A DNA stretch of 64,000 bases from Lentisphaeria bacterium (GCA_017504585.1 JAFVQX010000190.1:250-64249), one strand, 5' to 3'. Counted from the first letter of the stretch, positions 46,045 through 57,027 are shown. The notes: a model not told the origin generated them from the letters alone. Numbers and translations: made by a program.

Positions 46045-46629
46045 TCAGAGTATTCGGGTTATGGCTTCCACGCTGTATTTAGGCACATGCAAGCGGTCGA
46101 ATTCATCCAGATAATAGGCCACGCTTTCGCCCTGTTGGATGGTGTCTTCCACCGGAGTTTCTGCCGGATGACCTACTGCCACCAGAAAGAGGATCTGTTC
46201 GGTTTCCGGTATCGCCAGGAGTTCTGTGACTTCTTTGGCTTTGAACGCACCTATCCAGCAGCATCCCAGTTTTTCTTCCACCGCGGCAAACGATATGCTC
46301 ATAACTGCTGCTCCGGCATCGGCGTAGACCATATTGCTCAACACCGGACCGTTTTTTACTGCGCTTATGGCGATAAATGCCGTGGGGGCGTTCACTCCCC
46401 ATTGGGGCGAACGGCGGGGCGTGACTCTGCCGGCGTAGCTTGTGTTATAAAAAACCGCCTGTACCAGATCGGGGGTGCGCACCACAGTATAACGCAAGAC
46501 CTGATTGTTGGCGGCGCTGGGTGCATGGCAGGCGCTTTCCACCAATTTGAGCAAATGCTTTTCGGCAACCGGCATCTGACGGTAAAAGCGGATGGTGCGC
46601 CGCTTGCGCAAGATAGCTGAAAAATCCAT
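46045..46629 (-). CDS. Nitroreductase-family protein
   Basis: 'ILRKRRTIRFY...ESACHAPSAANNQ' is the classic nitroreductase N-terminus. Confidence 0.85.
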   Translation of the reverse strand: MDFSAILRKRRTIRFYRQMPVAEKHLLKLVESACHAPSAANNQVLRYTVVRTPDLVQAVFYNTSYAGRVTPRRSPQWGVNAPTAFIAISAVKNGPVLSNMVYADAGAAVMSISFAAVEEKLGCCWIGAFKAKEVTELLAIPETEQILFLVAVGHPAETPVEDTIQQGESVAYYLDEFDRLHVPKYSVEAITRIL

Positions 46630-46736
46630 GATGAAAACTCTTTCTCCATTTTTAAGTGACGGATAAATGACGGAATATAACTTATTTATTTACAATATCT
46701 TTTAAAATTGACGATTTAAAGTGACGGGTCGATTTT

Positions 46737-48983
46737 TCACCCTTTCGGATACTTCTGCCGCACCTGGGGATTGATGGCAAGTTTGTGAATGGCTTTTTCG
46801 TAATCCTGCCACCAGCGTTTGCCGCCGAAATGCTGCCACGGATCGGGGTATTTGTGTAAATTTTCCCACTTTTGCATAAACAATTCGCCTTTTTCGCAGC
46901 CGATAAAGTAACTGCCCCTGATACCCATGGCGATCGCTTCTGCAAGATTGCGTACCGCAAAGTAGCCGAAACGTACCGCCTGGATACGGTCGATGGGCGA
47001 TGGCACCCCGCCTTGCTGCAAGGGCCCCAGTACGGCTTTGCGCACATCGAACTCGCTGCCGCCTTCGGCTTCAAAAAGCGATGCTATAAAGTTTGTGGTA
47101 TAATCTTTATGAGCGTTTTCGTTGCGGATGATCAAACCGGTGTGGCGGTTTTCCAGCCGGAAAGCTGCCGTAAGTTCCTGCACGTCGTGGCGCAGATCAT
47201 CCAGCGAAACGGGCTTTTCCGGCGTGTAGCAATATTCTGCACCGGACGCCAGTGCAGCGCAGCATGCCAGATACCCCGAATAACGCCCCATAACTTCCAC
47301 AACATAGGTGCGTTTGGCTGTATCTGTGGAATTCCGGATCTTGTCCACCGCGTCAACGATATTGTTCAAAGCTGTATCGCACCCGATGCTGTATTCGCTG
47401 CCGGGCAGATCGTTGTTGATGGAGGCCGGAATGGCGATCATGGGTATATTGAACTCTTTGTGGTATCTTTTGCTGCTCAAGAGTTTATTCATCAGCCGGT
47501 AGCCGCCCCAGTCGCCGATCAATATCAGACCGTCCAGCTGCCATTGGCGGAAATTGGCGGCGATTCTGGCCATATCGCCCCGGCGGGGAGTGTATCTGCC
47601 GGCACCCAGCCGGGAACCGCCAAAGGCGTTCCAGAGTTCCGGTTCCATCCAGTGGGCAAGGTGCATCTTATTTTCCAGCAAGCCCACCGGGCCCTCTTCG
47701 ATGCACAAAACTTCGGCGCCGGATGCCATGCCCATACGGATAATGGTGCGCACCGCACTGTTGACCCCGGCGGCGGCACGTCCGGCGGTAACTACTCCGA
47801 TGCGGGGGCGTTTTTTGCCGGGTTCTTCGCCGGGGGGCGAGATACGCATAAGGGTTTTCTGGATATTGACCATGCGCAGCCACTCATCGCCCCGCGCCAT
47901 GGCGGCAGTCTGATGATCTCCGGCAGCCAGAGCCTGACCCGCGGCGCGGGTTTTGGCTACGGCGCTGGTCAAACCCGTAGCGGTGATGCGGTTCTGCTGC
48001 AAACAGGCAATGCTGGAAGTGTCGCCGCCCCGGGCAAGGATGTTGAAGGCTTCCATGCCGAAAAGCGTACTCATGCAGCGGTCGTAGGCGCTGGGCACTC
48101 CGCCCCGCTGCACATGCCCGAGAATAGTTATACGCGAATCGATACTGCGTTCCGCCAGCGCATCTTTGATGATCCGGGCATCCAATTTATTATTTTTTCG
48201 ATCCCGGGCGCCTTCGGCAACGATTATCAGATTGACCCGGCGACCGGCGGCGGCACCGTCGAGAATATTTTTTTGCAGTTGATCCGCCCAATCTTCTTCC
48301 GGCGGCGCTTCGGGTATGAAACAGCCCGAAGCCCCTGATGCCAGTGCCGCCATCAACGCCAGATGACCGCAGTTGCGCCCCATGACTTCGATGATAAAAG
48401 TCCGCTGATGGCTGTAAGCGGTGCTGGTAATGGCGTCAAGAGCTTCCACAATGCGGTGCAGTGCGGAGTCGGCTCCGATGGTCACTTCGCTGTCGATCAT
48501 GTCGTTATCGATACTGCCGATGGCTCCGGCAACGGAAAGATTGCGGAATTTCCGGGCGGTTTCCGGCGGGATCCTGCCGGCGGCGGCAAGTTCGTCCACC
48601 AAACCGGGGAACTCTTCGCGCAAAGCTTCGGCACCGGAGAGCGAGCCGTCGCCGCCGATGACCACCAGTTTGTCGATCTGGTGTTTCAGCAAATTGTATG
48701 CGGCTTGCAGTCTGCCGGAACGCTCCCGGAACTCGCTGCTGCGGGCGGTGCCGATGACTGTGCCGCCCAGATGGATGATATTGGCAACATTGTCCCACTT
48801 GAGTTCGCCGATATTGCCGGCGATCAACCCCTGATAGCCCTCGTAAATGGCGAATACCCGGTAGTTGGCCTCCAGTGCGGTACGCACACACCCCCGCAGA
48901 CAGGCGTTCATGCCGGGAGCATCGCCGCCGCTGGTCATAATGGCAATGGCACCCCGGGGGCGGGAAGAAGTTTTATCTGACAT
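46737..48983 (-). CDS. pfkA: ATP-dependent 6-phosphofructokinase, fused tandem-duplicated (eukaryote-type) form
   Basis: The N-half has 'IAIMTSGGDAPGMNA', 'VVIGGDGSLSGA', 'GSIDNDM', 'EVMGRNCGHLAL' and 'LGHVQRGG'. The C-half has 'IGVVTAGRAAAGVNSA', 'ILIGDWGG', 'IPASINNDLPG', 'EVMGRYSGYLA' and 'LGPLQQGG'. Confidence 0.85.
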   Translation of the reverse strand: MSDKTSSRPRGAIAIMTSGGDAPGMNACLRGCVRTALEANYRVFAIYEGYQGLIAGNIGELKWDNVANIIHLGGTVIGTARSSEFRERSGRLQAAYNLLKHQIDKLVVIGGDGSLSGAEALREEFPGLVDELAAAGRIPPETARKFRNLSVAGAIGSIDNDMIDSEVTIGADSALHRIVEALDAITSTAYSHQRTFIIEVMGRNCGHLALMAALASGASGCFIPEAPPEEDWADQLQKNILDGAAAGRRVNLIIVAEGARDRKNNKLDARIIKDALAERSIDSRITILGHVQRGGVPSAYDRCMSTLFGMEAFNILARGGDTSSIACLQQNRITATGLTSAVAKTRAAGQALAAGDHQTAAMARGDEWLRMVNIQKTLMRISPPGEEPGKKRPRIGVVTAGRAAAGVNSAVRTIIRMGMASGAEVLCIEEGPVGLLENKMHLAHWMEPELWNAFGGSRLGAGRYTPRRGDMARIAANFRQWQLDGLILIGDWGGYRLMNKLLSSKRYHKEFNIPMIAIPASINNDLPGSEYSIGCDTALNNIVDAVDKIRNSTDTAKRTYVVEVMGRYSGYLACCAALASGAEYCYTPEKPVSLDDLRHDVQELTAAFRLENRHTGLIIRNENAHKDYTTNFIASLFEAEGGSEFDVRKAVLGPLQQGGVPSPIDRIQAVRFGYFAVRNLAEAIAMGIRGSYFIGCEKGELFMQKWENLHKYPDPWQHFGGKRWWQDYEKAIHKLAINPQVRQKYPKG

Positions 48984-49172
48984 TTAATGCTCCATTTTTT
49001 CTGAAAAAAGTTTCTGTTTTACAATATTGGCAACAAAATAACCCGCCTGACGGGCTAATGCAAGAAAAAAACGGTGTTTTTTGCTGAAAAAATTAGTTTT
49101 TTCGGATAAATGGTAGTATTTTAAATAGATTATGTATATATTGATAATGTTTAACTTGTAAAGGATTTTATC

Positions 49173-51500
49173 ATGAGTTTTTCTCTGGGCAAAATAAGTT
49201 GTTTGGCAATTCTGACCTGCGCGCTTTTGCTGACCGCATTTACTGCCGGAGCTGCCGCTAAAGCTCCCGAGATCGGTCAACTGATCTTTGAACAGACCGG
49301 CGGCAAACCGGTGGCGGAAGATATGCTGCGGTTCAACGTGCGCCAGCAGCCGGGCAAAACTTACGATGCCGGAATGCTGGATGAAGATGTCAAGCGTCTG
49401 CACGATCTGGGCTTTTTTGCCGATGCCTCCGCCCGGGCGCTCCCCGGCAAAGACGGCAAATACAACATCACATTCAAGCTCAAACTCCACGCCCGGGTAA
49501 GCGAAGTGATCTTTGACGGACATCAGAAGTTTGAAACTGCCGACCTGGCAAAATTGGTCAATATTGCCGCCGATACCCCCCTTAATGAACGCAATCTCCG
49601 GGATGGCGCCGCTGCTTTGCGGGAGTTCTACCGCGACAAAGGCTACTACGATGCCGAAATATCCCCCTTGCTGGAACGGGGCAAAGACAACAGCGTAAAA
49701 GTGATTTTCAAGATCAAAGAGAACCTGAAACTCAAGGTCAACGATGTCTTTTTTGCGGGCAACAATGTTTACAGCGCCTGGACCTTGCGCCACGCCCTTG
49801 CCAACCAGTACAGCTACTTTAACTGGATCGGTTTTCTGAATTTGGGTCTGCTGGACCGGGAAGCGCTGGAAGTGGACAAAGTCCGCCTGCGGGATATGTA
49901 CTGGAACAAAGGGTATCTGGATTTTAAGATCAAGTCGGTCAAGATCGCTGCCGACGAGTCCGATCCGGAGTTTGTCAACCTTTATTTTGACCTCGACGAA
50001 GGCAAACCCTACACCGTCAGCGCCATCAAGGTCGAGGGCGCCAAAAGCTTCTCCGCCGACGAGATCAAAGCGCTTGCGCCCATTGCCATTGGCAGCACTT
50101 TTGATTACAGGAGCGAAAATGCGGCCAAAAGCGCCATCCTTGCGCTGCTGCACAGCGAAGGTTTTGCCGATGCTGTATGCAATGTCCGGCGGGATGCGGA
50201 TTTTGAAAAACAGACCGTGGAACTGGTGTTTGTCATTCAGGAAGGCAGAAAATACAAGGTCGATCAGGTCATGATCGTGGGCAACGAATACACCCGCGAC
50301 GATGTCATCCGCCGCGAGCTGGTGCTGTACCCCGGCGATCCTGCCGACGAAGCGCTGCTGGATGTCAGCAAATCCCGTTTGATGAATACCGATATGTTTG
50401 AAAGTGTGGAAAGCAGCTTTGTCAACGCCGACGATTTGGGCGAAAAAAATGCGGTGATCAAAGTGCAGGAGAAAAACGCATACGATGTGCGCGTGGGCGC
50501 CGGTTACTCCGATGTGGACAGCCTCTTTGGTATGATCGAAGCCAGCAGCCGCAACTTTGACATCACCAACCCCGCCAACTACTTCCGCGGCGGCGGCCAG
50601 CGGGTGCGTTTGCAGGGGGCGCTGGGTATCGAACGCGCCGCATTGAACTTTGACTTTACCGAACCGTGGCTTTTTGATATACCCCTGCGGCTGGATCTCT
50701 CGGCATTTTTGCGCGAATCCATCTACGAATACTGGGATGAAGAACGCTGGGGCGCCCGCATTGCCTTGAGCAAGAAGTTTTTCGACGATTTTACCAGCGC
50801 CACTTTGGCATACAAGTTCGAACAGGTCAATGTGCATGATATGGCTCACCGCATGGGCCCCGAAACCCGGGATGAACGGGGGCGGGATTGGGTCAGCCAG
50901 TTCTCGCTGGAACTTGACCGCACCACACTGGACAGCCTGACCGACCCCCGCAACGGTTATCAGGTGAATCTGCTGGGGGCTGTTTCGCCCAAAATACTTG
51001 GTTCGTCGGTGGATTTCTACCGGGCGGAAGCCAAGGCGCTCTATGTCAAGAGCTTTTTGGATAACGCCATAACTTTGCAGATGGGCGCCCGCATCGGGAT
51101 TGTGGATAACTTCCACAGCGAACGCGCTCCTATCTACGAACGCTACTTCCTCGGCGGCAGCGGCAGTCTGCGCGGCTTCCCCTACCGGGAAGTGTCGCCG
51201 GTGGACTCCAGCGGCCGGGAAGTCGGCGGTCAGAGCATGAGCGTATTTACGCTGGAAATATCGCACCCAATCTGGGGCTTTATCCGCGGTGCCGCATTTG
51301 CCGATGCCGGTGGTGTCAGCAAAACCGAATATGACTTCGGGTTTGACCACTTCAATATCGGGGCCGGTTACGGTCTGCGGATCAAACTGCCCCAGATACC
51401 CATGCCCATCAAGCTGGATCTGGCGTTCCCGGTGCTGAACAATCAGGATAATGTCAAGAGCCGCTTGCGGTTCCACTTCAACATGGGTTTCAGTTTCTGA
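49173..51500 (+). CDS. bamA: Outer membrane protein assembly factor BamA
   Basis: It has a signal peptide, repeated POTRA-like units and a C-terminal Omp85 barrel with 'RGF', 'GG..SLRGF' and the terminal 'FNMGFSF'. Confidence 0.9.
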   Translation: MSFSLGKISCLAILTCALLLTAFTAGAAAKAPEIGQLIFEQTGGKPVAEDMLRFNVRQQPGKTYDAGMLDEDVKRLHDLGFFADASARALPGKDGKYNITFKLKLHARVSEVIFDGHQKFETADLAKLVNIAADTPLNERNLRDGAAALREFYRDKGYYDAEISPLLERGKDNSVKVIFKIKENLKLKVNDVFFAGNNVYSAWTLRHALANQYSYFNWIGFLNLGLLDREALEVDKVRLRDMYWNKGYLDFKIKSVKIAADESDPEFVNLYFDLDEGKPYTVSAIKVEGAKSFSADEIKALAPIAIGSTFDYRSENAAKSAILALLHSEGFADAVCNVRRDADFEKQTVELVFVIQEGRKYKVDQVMIVGNEYTRDDVIRRELVLYPGDPADEALLDVSKSRLMNTDMFESVESSFVNADDLGEKNAVIKVQEKNAYDVRVGAGYSDVDSLFGMIEASSRNFDITNPANYFRGGGQRVRLQGALGIERAALNFDFTEPWLFDIPLRLDLSAFLRESIYEYWDEERWGARIALSKKFFDDFTSATLAYKFEQVNVHDMAHRMGPETRDERGRDWVSQFSLELDRTTLDSLTDPRNGYQVNLLGAVSPKILGSSVDFYRAEAKALYVKSFLDNAITLQMGARIGIVDNFHSERAPIYERYFLGGSGSLRGFPYREVSPVDSSGREVGGQSMSVFTLEISHPIWGFIRGAAFADAGGVSKTEYDFGFDHFNIGAGYGLRIKLPQIPMPIKLDLAFPVLNNQDNVKSRLRFHFNMGFSF

Positions 51501-51523
51501 AAAAACAACACAGCGAGGCCGAT

Positions 51524-52297
51524 ATGAAAATACACATTCTGGGCGCACTATCCGGTACCGAACCTTTCCCCAACCGCAACCATACTTCCTGGGCATTGGA
51601 GCTGGACAACGGCAATATTTATCTCTTTGATGCCGGCGAAAACTGCTCAAGGACTGCATATTTATCGCAAATGGATCTTATGCAGATCAAAACGATTTTT
51701 ATATCGCACTCTCATTACGACCATCTGGCGGGATTGGTCAACGTATTTTCCACTATCCTCAAGATGCGGGCGCTCTACCGGGATACCCAGCCTCGCAGTA
51801 TAGATATTTTTATGCCCGAAGAAAAGGTGTGGGCTGGCTTCAACGCTTTTGCCGAAAGCATCGGGGCTTATCCGCTGCATACCGAAATCAACGATCACAT
51901 ACTTTCTGACGGCGGATTTTTCAAAAACGACGATATAATGGTGGAGTTCCGGGGCAACGAACATGTTGCCAAAGCAGAAAACGGCGATTTCCGGTCATTT
52001 TCGTTCCGCATAACCGTCGGCGATAAAGTCATTGTTTATTCCGGCGACGTGCGCAGTGCCGATGAATTTGCCGATTGGAGCAAAGAGTGCGACGTTGTGC
52101 TTATGGAAAGCGGCCACCACCACCCGTGGGAAGTTTGCGAAAAATGGCGCAATGACAACTGCCGGATCGGCAAGGTGGTGTTTATGCATCACGGCAGAGA
52201 TTATATAAATCTGCCCACCCAGACCGCCGTTGCCACCCGCCGGGCATGGGGCAGAGATGTGATCTTTGCCGAAGATGATATGATCATAGAACTTTGA
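51524..52297 (+). CDS. MBL-fold metallo-hydrolase
   Basis: The 'ISHSHYDH' motif is present. Confidence 0.8.
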   Translation: MKIHILGALSGTEPFPNRNHTSWALELDNGNIYLFDAGENCSRTAYLSQMDLMQIKTIFISHSHYDHLAGLVNVFSTILKMRALYRDTQPRSIDIFMPEEKVWAGFNAFAESIGAYPLHTEINDHILSDGGFFKNDDIMVEFRGNEHVAKAENGDFRSFSFRITVGDKVIVYSGDVRSADEFADWSKECDVVLMESGHHHPWEVCEKWRNDNCRIGKVVFMHHGRDYINLPTQTAVATRRAWGRDVIFAEDDMIIEL

Positions 52298-52318
52298 AAT
52301 CAATAACGAGGTAAAAAA

Positions 52319-52795
52319 ATGATATTTGATGAATTGGCTTGCTGGCGGCGTTATGTACCGCACCGCAACGCGTCTGAATTTTGTCAGGCGATTGAGTTTT
52401 TGAGAACTTTCTCCCCCGACATTGCCGTGGGCAAACATGTATTCAAAGAGGGTTTGATCTACGCCAATGTGCAGGAATACACCCCCAAAAAACTTGCCGA
52501 GGGCGCCATGGAGTACCATCGGGATTTTGTGGATGTGCAAACTCTGCTGGCGGGGACCGAATATATCTATTATTCGCCGCTGGCGGGATTGACCGAAAAA
52601 AGCGCATTTGATGCCGAAAAGGATTGCGGTTTTTACTACTTCGATCCGGCAAGCGCGCTTGCCTGCAAGCTGCAGCCGGGCAACTTTGCCATGCTCTTTC
52701 CGGAAGAGGGCCACATGCCTTGCATTGAGTGCATGGAGGATCCGGGAACGGTCAAAAAAGTGGTGCTGAAGATCCACCGTTCCATCTTTGAGTAA
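52319..52795 (+). CDS. YhcH/YjgK/YiaL-family (DUF386) protein
   Basis: At ~158 aa it has 'HRDFVDVQTLLAGTEYIYY' and 'FAMLFPEEGHMP', typical of the family. Confidence 0.7.
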   Translation: MIFDELACWRRYVPHRNASEFCQAIEFLRTFSPDIAVGKHVFKEGLIYANVQEYTPKKLAEGAMEYHRDFVDVQTLLAGTEYIYYSPLAGLTEKSAFDAEKDCGFYYFDPASALACKLQPGNFAMLFPEEGHMPCIECMEDPGTVKKVVLKIHRSIFE

Positions 52796-52853
52796 GCGAT
52801 ATATCCGGTAAAGTGCTGTAAATATCTGAAGCATCAAATCAGGAGATAAACCT

Positions 52854-54653
52854 TTGAAACATATCCGTAATTTTTCAATTATTGCCCACATCGACCACGG
52901 CAAATCCACTCTGGCTGACCGTTTGCTGGAGTATACCGGCACCGTGGAAAAGCGGGAAATGCAGGATCAGCTCCTTGACGGTATGGATCTGGAGCGGGAG
53001 CGGGGTATCACTATCAAATCCCATCCGGTTCGCATGTACTGCAAGGGTTCGGACGGCGAAGAGTACCAGATCAACCTTATCGACACTCCCGGACATGTGG
53101 ACTTCAACTACGAAGTCAGCCGCTCGCTGGGTGCTTGCGAAGGCGCTTTGCTTTTGATCGACGCCACCCAGGGCGTGCAGGCGCAAACTGTTGCCAATGT
53201 CAGTTTGGCGTTCAAGGAAAATCTGCACATCATTCCTTTGATCAACAAAATCGACCTGCCCGCTGCCAATCTTGAGCTTTGTTATGAGCAAATGGAAGAA
53301 GTTCTGGCCATCCCCCGGGAAGAAGCTCTGCTGGTTTCCGGCAAGACCGGCGAGGGCGTGCCAGAACTTTTTGAAGCGGTCATCGACCGCATTCCCCCGC
53401 CGAAAGACCGGGGCGGCAACGCCAGTGCGTTGATTTTTGACTCCACCTACGATGCCTACCGGGGGGTGGTGGTCTATGTCAGAGTCATGTCCGGCTGTTT
53501 CAAGCGGGGCGACCGGCTGAAACTTTTCAGCACCGGCTTGGAGAGCGAAATCAAGGAAGTCGGATTTTTCAGCCCCGAAATGCGGGCGGCTGATTGCTTG
53601 AGTGCCGGCGAAGTGGGCTATCTGATCCCCAATATCAAGAGCCCTTCCGATACTAAAATCGGTGACACTGTTACCCTTGCCAAAGAGCCGTGCGAGGAGC
53701 CGTTGCCCGGATTCAAGGAAGTCCGGCCCATGGTTTTCAGCGGTATCTACCCCATTGACAGTGCCGATTACGACCAGCTCAAGTTTTCCATGAGCAAATT
53801 GCAGCTCAACGATGCGGCATTCATCTATCAGGCAGAGAGTTCGGCGGCGCTGGGCTTCGGTTTCCGCTGCGGATTTTTGGGCTTGCTGCACATGGAGATC
53901 ATTCAGGAGCGGCTGCGTCGGGAATACAATATGGATATTATTGCCACCTACCCCAGCGTGATCTATCATGTTTACTTGAAAGATGGCTCCATGGTCGAGG
54001 TGGACAACCCGGTTTATCTGCCCGATCCCAGCGGCATCGACCGCATCGAAGAACCCCTTATTCAGGCGCGTTTGATGCTGCCCAATACCTATATCGGGGA
54101 TGTGATGAATTTGATCATGAGCAAGCGGGGCATCTGCACCCGTACTGATTCGGTGGACGCCAACCATGTTATCATTACTGCCGAACTGCCTATGCACGAA
54201 ATCCTTATCGACTTCCACGACAAGCTCAAAAGCATCACCCGCGGCTACGGCAGCATGGACTACGAGCCTGCCGGATACCGTGCCGACAAGCTCGTGAAAC
54301 TGGATATATTGGTCAATGGCGAACCGGTGGATGCCTTTGCTTCCATCGTTCACGCCGACATGGCTTACGGCCGGGGCAGACAGATCTGCGAACGGTTGAA
54401 AGATGTGATCCCGCCCCAGCAGTTCCAGATCGCCATTCAGGCGGCGATCGGCGGCAAAGTTGTTGCCCGGGAAACCATCCGCCAGCTGCGCAAAAACGTG
54501 CTTGCCAAATGCTACGGCGGCGATATTACCCGTAAACGCAAGCTTCTGGAAAAGCAGAAAGAGGGCAAAAAGCGTATGAAGATGATCGGTCAGGTCAATA
54601 TCCCGCAGGAAGCCTTTGTGGCGGTTTTGCGCAATAATGACGACGATAACTGA
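52854..54653 (+). CDS. lepA: Translation elongation factor 4
   Basis: '[22 protein letters not shown]' is present and the protein has LepA-like similarity over its full length. The start codon is TTG. Confidence 0.95.
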   Translation: MKHIRNFSIIAHIDHGKSTLADRLLEYTGTVEKREMQDQLLDGMDLERERGITIKSHPVRMYCKGSDGEEYQINLIDTPGHVDFNYEVSRSLGACEGALLLIDATQGVQAQTVANVSLAFKENLHIIPLINKIDLPAANLELCYEQMEEVLAIPREEALLVSGKTGEGVPELFEAVIDRIPPPKDRGGNASALIFDSTYDAYRGVVVYVRVMSGCFKRGDRLKLFSTGLESEIKEVGFFSPEMRAADCLSAGEVGYLIPNIKSPSDTKIGDTVTLAKEPCEEPLPGFKEVRPMVFSGIYPIDSADYDQLKFSMSKLQLNDAAFIYQAESSAALGFGFRCGFLGLLHMEIIQERLRREYNMDIIATYPSVIYHVYLKDGSMVEVDNPVYLPDPSGIDRIEEPLIQARLMLPNTYIGDVMNLIMSKRGICTRTDSVDANHVIITAELPMHEILIDFHDKLKSITRGYGSMDYEPAGYRADKLVKLDILVNGEPVDAFASIVHADMAYGRGRQICERLKDVIPPQQFQIAIQAAIGGKVVARETIRQLRKNVLAKCYGGDITRKRKLLEKQKEGKKRMKMIGQVNIPQEAFVAVLRNNDDDN

Positions 54654-54676
54654 TCGCTTTTTTGAGGTAAAATGCT

Positions 54677-55912
54677 ATGAGTCCGGTTGGGAAAATCCTG
54701 CGAGAGTATCAGCTGCGCAAAGCGTTGAAAAAACAGCTTGGCGTGCTGAAAAACTTTTTGCATACCGACGACGATATTCTGGAAGCTTCTGCCCGTCAGG
54801 AACTTGCCGGAGTGATCGCCGATGGCGAAAAACTTTTGCAGTCGCCATCGGCAGAAAGCTCCCGGGAGTGGAAAAAATCTGCTTCAGCAGTGCTGAAAAA
54901 GTATAATCCCCACAGCTCCATGCGGGAGATATTGGATATTCTGGCAGTGGCGCTGATGGTGGCATTCGGTATCAGAGCGCTCTTTTTTCAGCCGTTTAAA
55001 ATTCCCACCAGCTCCATGCAGCCCACGCTTTATGGTATACACTTTATAAATACAGAAAAAGCTCACAAACTCAAAGGGGTAAGTCCGCTTTTCGGCAAGC
55101 TGGGTAAAGTGGGCAATTACGCACTTTTTTCCAGCCGCAAAGCGTTGCTGGAAGTTCCGGGAACGGTGCAAATGGGCAACGAACTTTACCCGGCAAAAGA
55201 GTGGATGATTTTCGACAGCACCATACTGCCTTTATCCGACGGCACAACCGCGATACTGCCGGGAGTGCCCTCCAAAGTGGCGGATTACGCGGAGCTTTAT
55301 CCCGGCAAATACCTTTCCGGCAAGGCGGTCAACGGCTATTTATCCGATGGCGACCATTTGTTCGTCAACCGTTTGAGCTTGCACTTCCGGGAGCCGAAGC
55401 GGGGCGATGTGATGGTGTTTGCCACCGAAAATATCGTGGGCCCCAACGGCGAAAAACCCTCCGACAGCGGCGATTATTACATCAAGCGACTGGTGGGGCT
55501 GCCGGGGGATACATTGAAGATCATGGATGATGTACTTTACATAAAGCCGGATAAAGCGGAAAAATTTGTGCCGGTCTATGAGCTGGCAGAAAATATGAAA
55601 AAACTTTATTCCGGCAAAGGCGGTTATCAGGGGCACAGCAACAGCATCCCCGGATACAGCAACTTTTTGCGCCACAGCAGCGAAGAATATACCGTACCGC
55701 AAGATCACTATTTTATGCTGGGCGACAACACCCGGTTCAGTGCCGACAGCCGGGTGTGGGGACCGGTGCCCCGGCGCAATCTGATCGGGCGGCCGGCAAT
55801 AATTTTCTGGCCCTTCAGCCGCCGCTGGGGTACGGTGGACCGGCTGGAACCCCTGGATATACCCACCGGGCAATCCGGAGTGCGGACATTTTCGAGCATG
55901 AATTTACAATAA
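54677..55912 (+). CDS. lepB: Signal peptidase I
   Basis: Matching motifs are 'IPTSSMQPTL', 'RGDVMVF', 'YIKRLVGLPGD' and 'YFMLGDNTRFSADSR'. The N-terminal cytoplasmic extension is long. Confidence 0.9.
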   Translation: MSPVGKILREYQLRKALKKQLGVLKNFLHTDDDILEASARQELAGVIADGEKLLQSPSAESSREWKKSASAVLKKYNPHSSMREILDILAVALMVAFGIRALFFQPFKIPTSSMQPTLYGIHFINTEKAHKLKGVSPLFGKLGKVGNYALFSSRKALLEVPGTVQMGNELYPAKEWMIFDSTILPLSDGTTAILPGVPSKVADYAELYPGKYLSGKAVNGYLSDGDHLFVNRLSLHFREPKRGDVMVFATENIVGPNGEKPSDSGDYYIKRLVGLPGDTLKIMDDVLYIKPDKAEKFVPVYELAENMKKLYSGKGGYQGHSNSIPGYSNFLRHSSEEYTVPQDHYFMLGDNTRFSADSRVWGPVPRRNLIGRPAIIFWPFSRRWGTVDRLEPLDIPTGQSGVRTFSSMNLQ

Positions 55913-55927
55913 ATTATTAAGGGATAA

Positions 55928-56794
55928 ATGATTATGACACAACATGCTGTATTTTTGATTTCGGCGGCTGACCGCAAGGGGCTGCTGGCGGAAACGACGA
56001 TGTTTTTTTACAAGCGTTCTTTCAATATCCTCCACTGCCGTCAGTATACTGATGCCATGGAAAACAGCTATTTTATGCGCATAAAAATCGACCTTGCGGG
56101 AATGACCATGACCCGGCGTAAGTTGGAAGAAGAGTTTGCCGAATTGGGTAAAGAACTTAACTTCACTTTCAAAGTTTATTACTCCGACGCCGTAAGCCGG
56201 GTGGCGATCATGGTCAGCAAGACCTCCCACTGCCTTTACGACCTTTTGGTGCGGCGGGAGGATGGCTTTCTGCCCTGCGAAGTACCTTTGATCATCAGCA
56301 ATCACCCGGATCTGGAGGCGGTCGCCGACCGTTTCCACATACCCTATTACTGCTGCCCTATCAAGGATAAAAGCTGCAAGGCAGAGCAGGAGGCACAGGT
56401 CATCGAACTTTGCGACAAACACCACATCGATCTGGTGGTCATGGCGCGCTATATGCAAGTTTTGAGCGACGACTTTATTGCCCATTTCAAGGGCAATATC
56501 ATCAACATCCACCACGCCTTTCTCCCGGCATTTCAGGGTGGCAACCCCTACAACCGCGCCTGGCAGCGGGGGGTGAAGATGATCGGGGCAACCGCTCACT
56601 ACGCCACTGCCGATTTGGACGAAGGACCCATCATCGAACAGGATGTGGAGCGCGTTTCCCACGAACACAGCCCTGAAGACCTTAAAGAGATCGGCCGCGA
56701 TATCGAACGCCGGGTGCTGACCCGGGCGGTCAAAGCCCACCTGGAACACCGGGTGATCACCGCCGGATTGCGGACGATCGTTTTCGACGGCTGA
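55928..56794 (+). CDS. purU: Formyltetrahydrofolate deformylase
   Basis: It has an N-terminal ACT domain and 'IINIHHAFLPAFQGGNPY...GATAHYATADLDEGPIIEQD'. Confidence 0.9.
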   Translation: MIMTQHAVFLISAADRKGLLAETTMFFYKRSFNILHCRQYTDAMENSYFMRIKIDLAGMTMTRRKLEEEFAELGKELNFTFKVYYSDAVSRVAIMVSKTSHCLYDLLVRREDGFLPCEVPLIISNHPDLEAVADRFHIPYYCCPIKDKSCKAEQEAQVIELCDKHHIDLVVMARYMQVLSDDFIAHFKGNIINIHHAFLPAFQGGNPYNRAWQRGVKMIGATAHYATADLDEGPIIEQDVERVSHEHSPEDLKEIGRDIERRVLTRAVKAHLEHRVITAGLRTIVFDG

Positions 56795-57027
56795 AAAGTC
56801 TTGGTTTTTGATAAAGGTTGATGTGGAAGACTTGGAGAAAAGGGAAAAAAACTTTTGCTGGATCGGTTCTTTCCCGCTTCCCCAGAAAACATCGCCCTTT
56901 TCCAAACCTTTTATGGGCATTTATCTCTTGCGTTGCAAATAGATAAATGTCTTTTAAGTCTAAAAAATTGCTTCAGTATCTTTACTGATCATCAACTGAT
57001 ATCGGGAACAGAATATCGATCTGCAGT

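Noticed and set aside
48984-51659. An 891-aa minus-strand ORF, longer than and fully covering bamA. Similar very long antisense ORFs are 29856-31634 (592 aa, opposite the RND pump), 41451-43322 (623 aa), 35961-37688 (575 aa), 52875-54353 (492 aa, opposite lepA), 61821-63131 (436 aa), 18645-19922 (425 aa) and 38671-39591.
   Set aside because: The two pairs I checked (bamA and the RND pump) are codon-aligned with the sense genes, sharing position mod 3. Their stops would therefore arise only from sense TTA/CTA/TCA codons, which this genome evidently avoids. Their translations are low-complexity (G/A/V/R/H-rich) with no recognisable family, while the sense strands encode unmistakable BamA, AcrB-like and LepA proteins. 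They are a codon-usage artefact rather than overlapping genes. Ribosome profiling would be the decisive test.
56918-56955. A 9-bp-stem hairpin (CATTTATCT...AGATAAATG followed by TCTTTT) in the 233-bp purU/recF convergent gap, as a possible small RNA or orphan terminator. The overlapping 95-aa ORF 56855-57142 was also considered.
   Set aside because: It is AT-only and weakly stable, lies 125 nt from the purU stop, and has no conserved motif that I recognise. The ORF overlaps recF and has no RBS. The evidence is insufficient.
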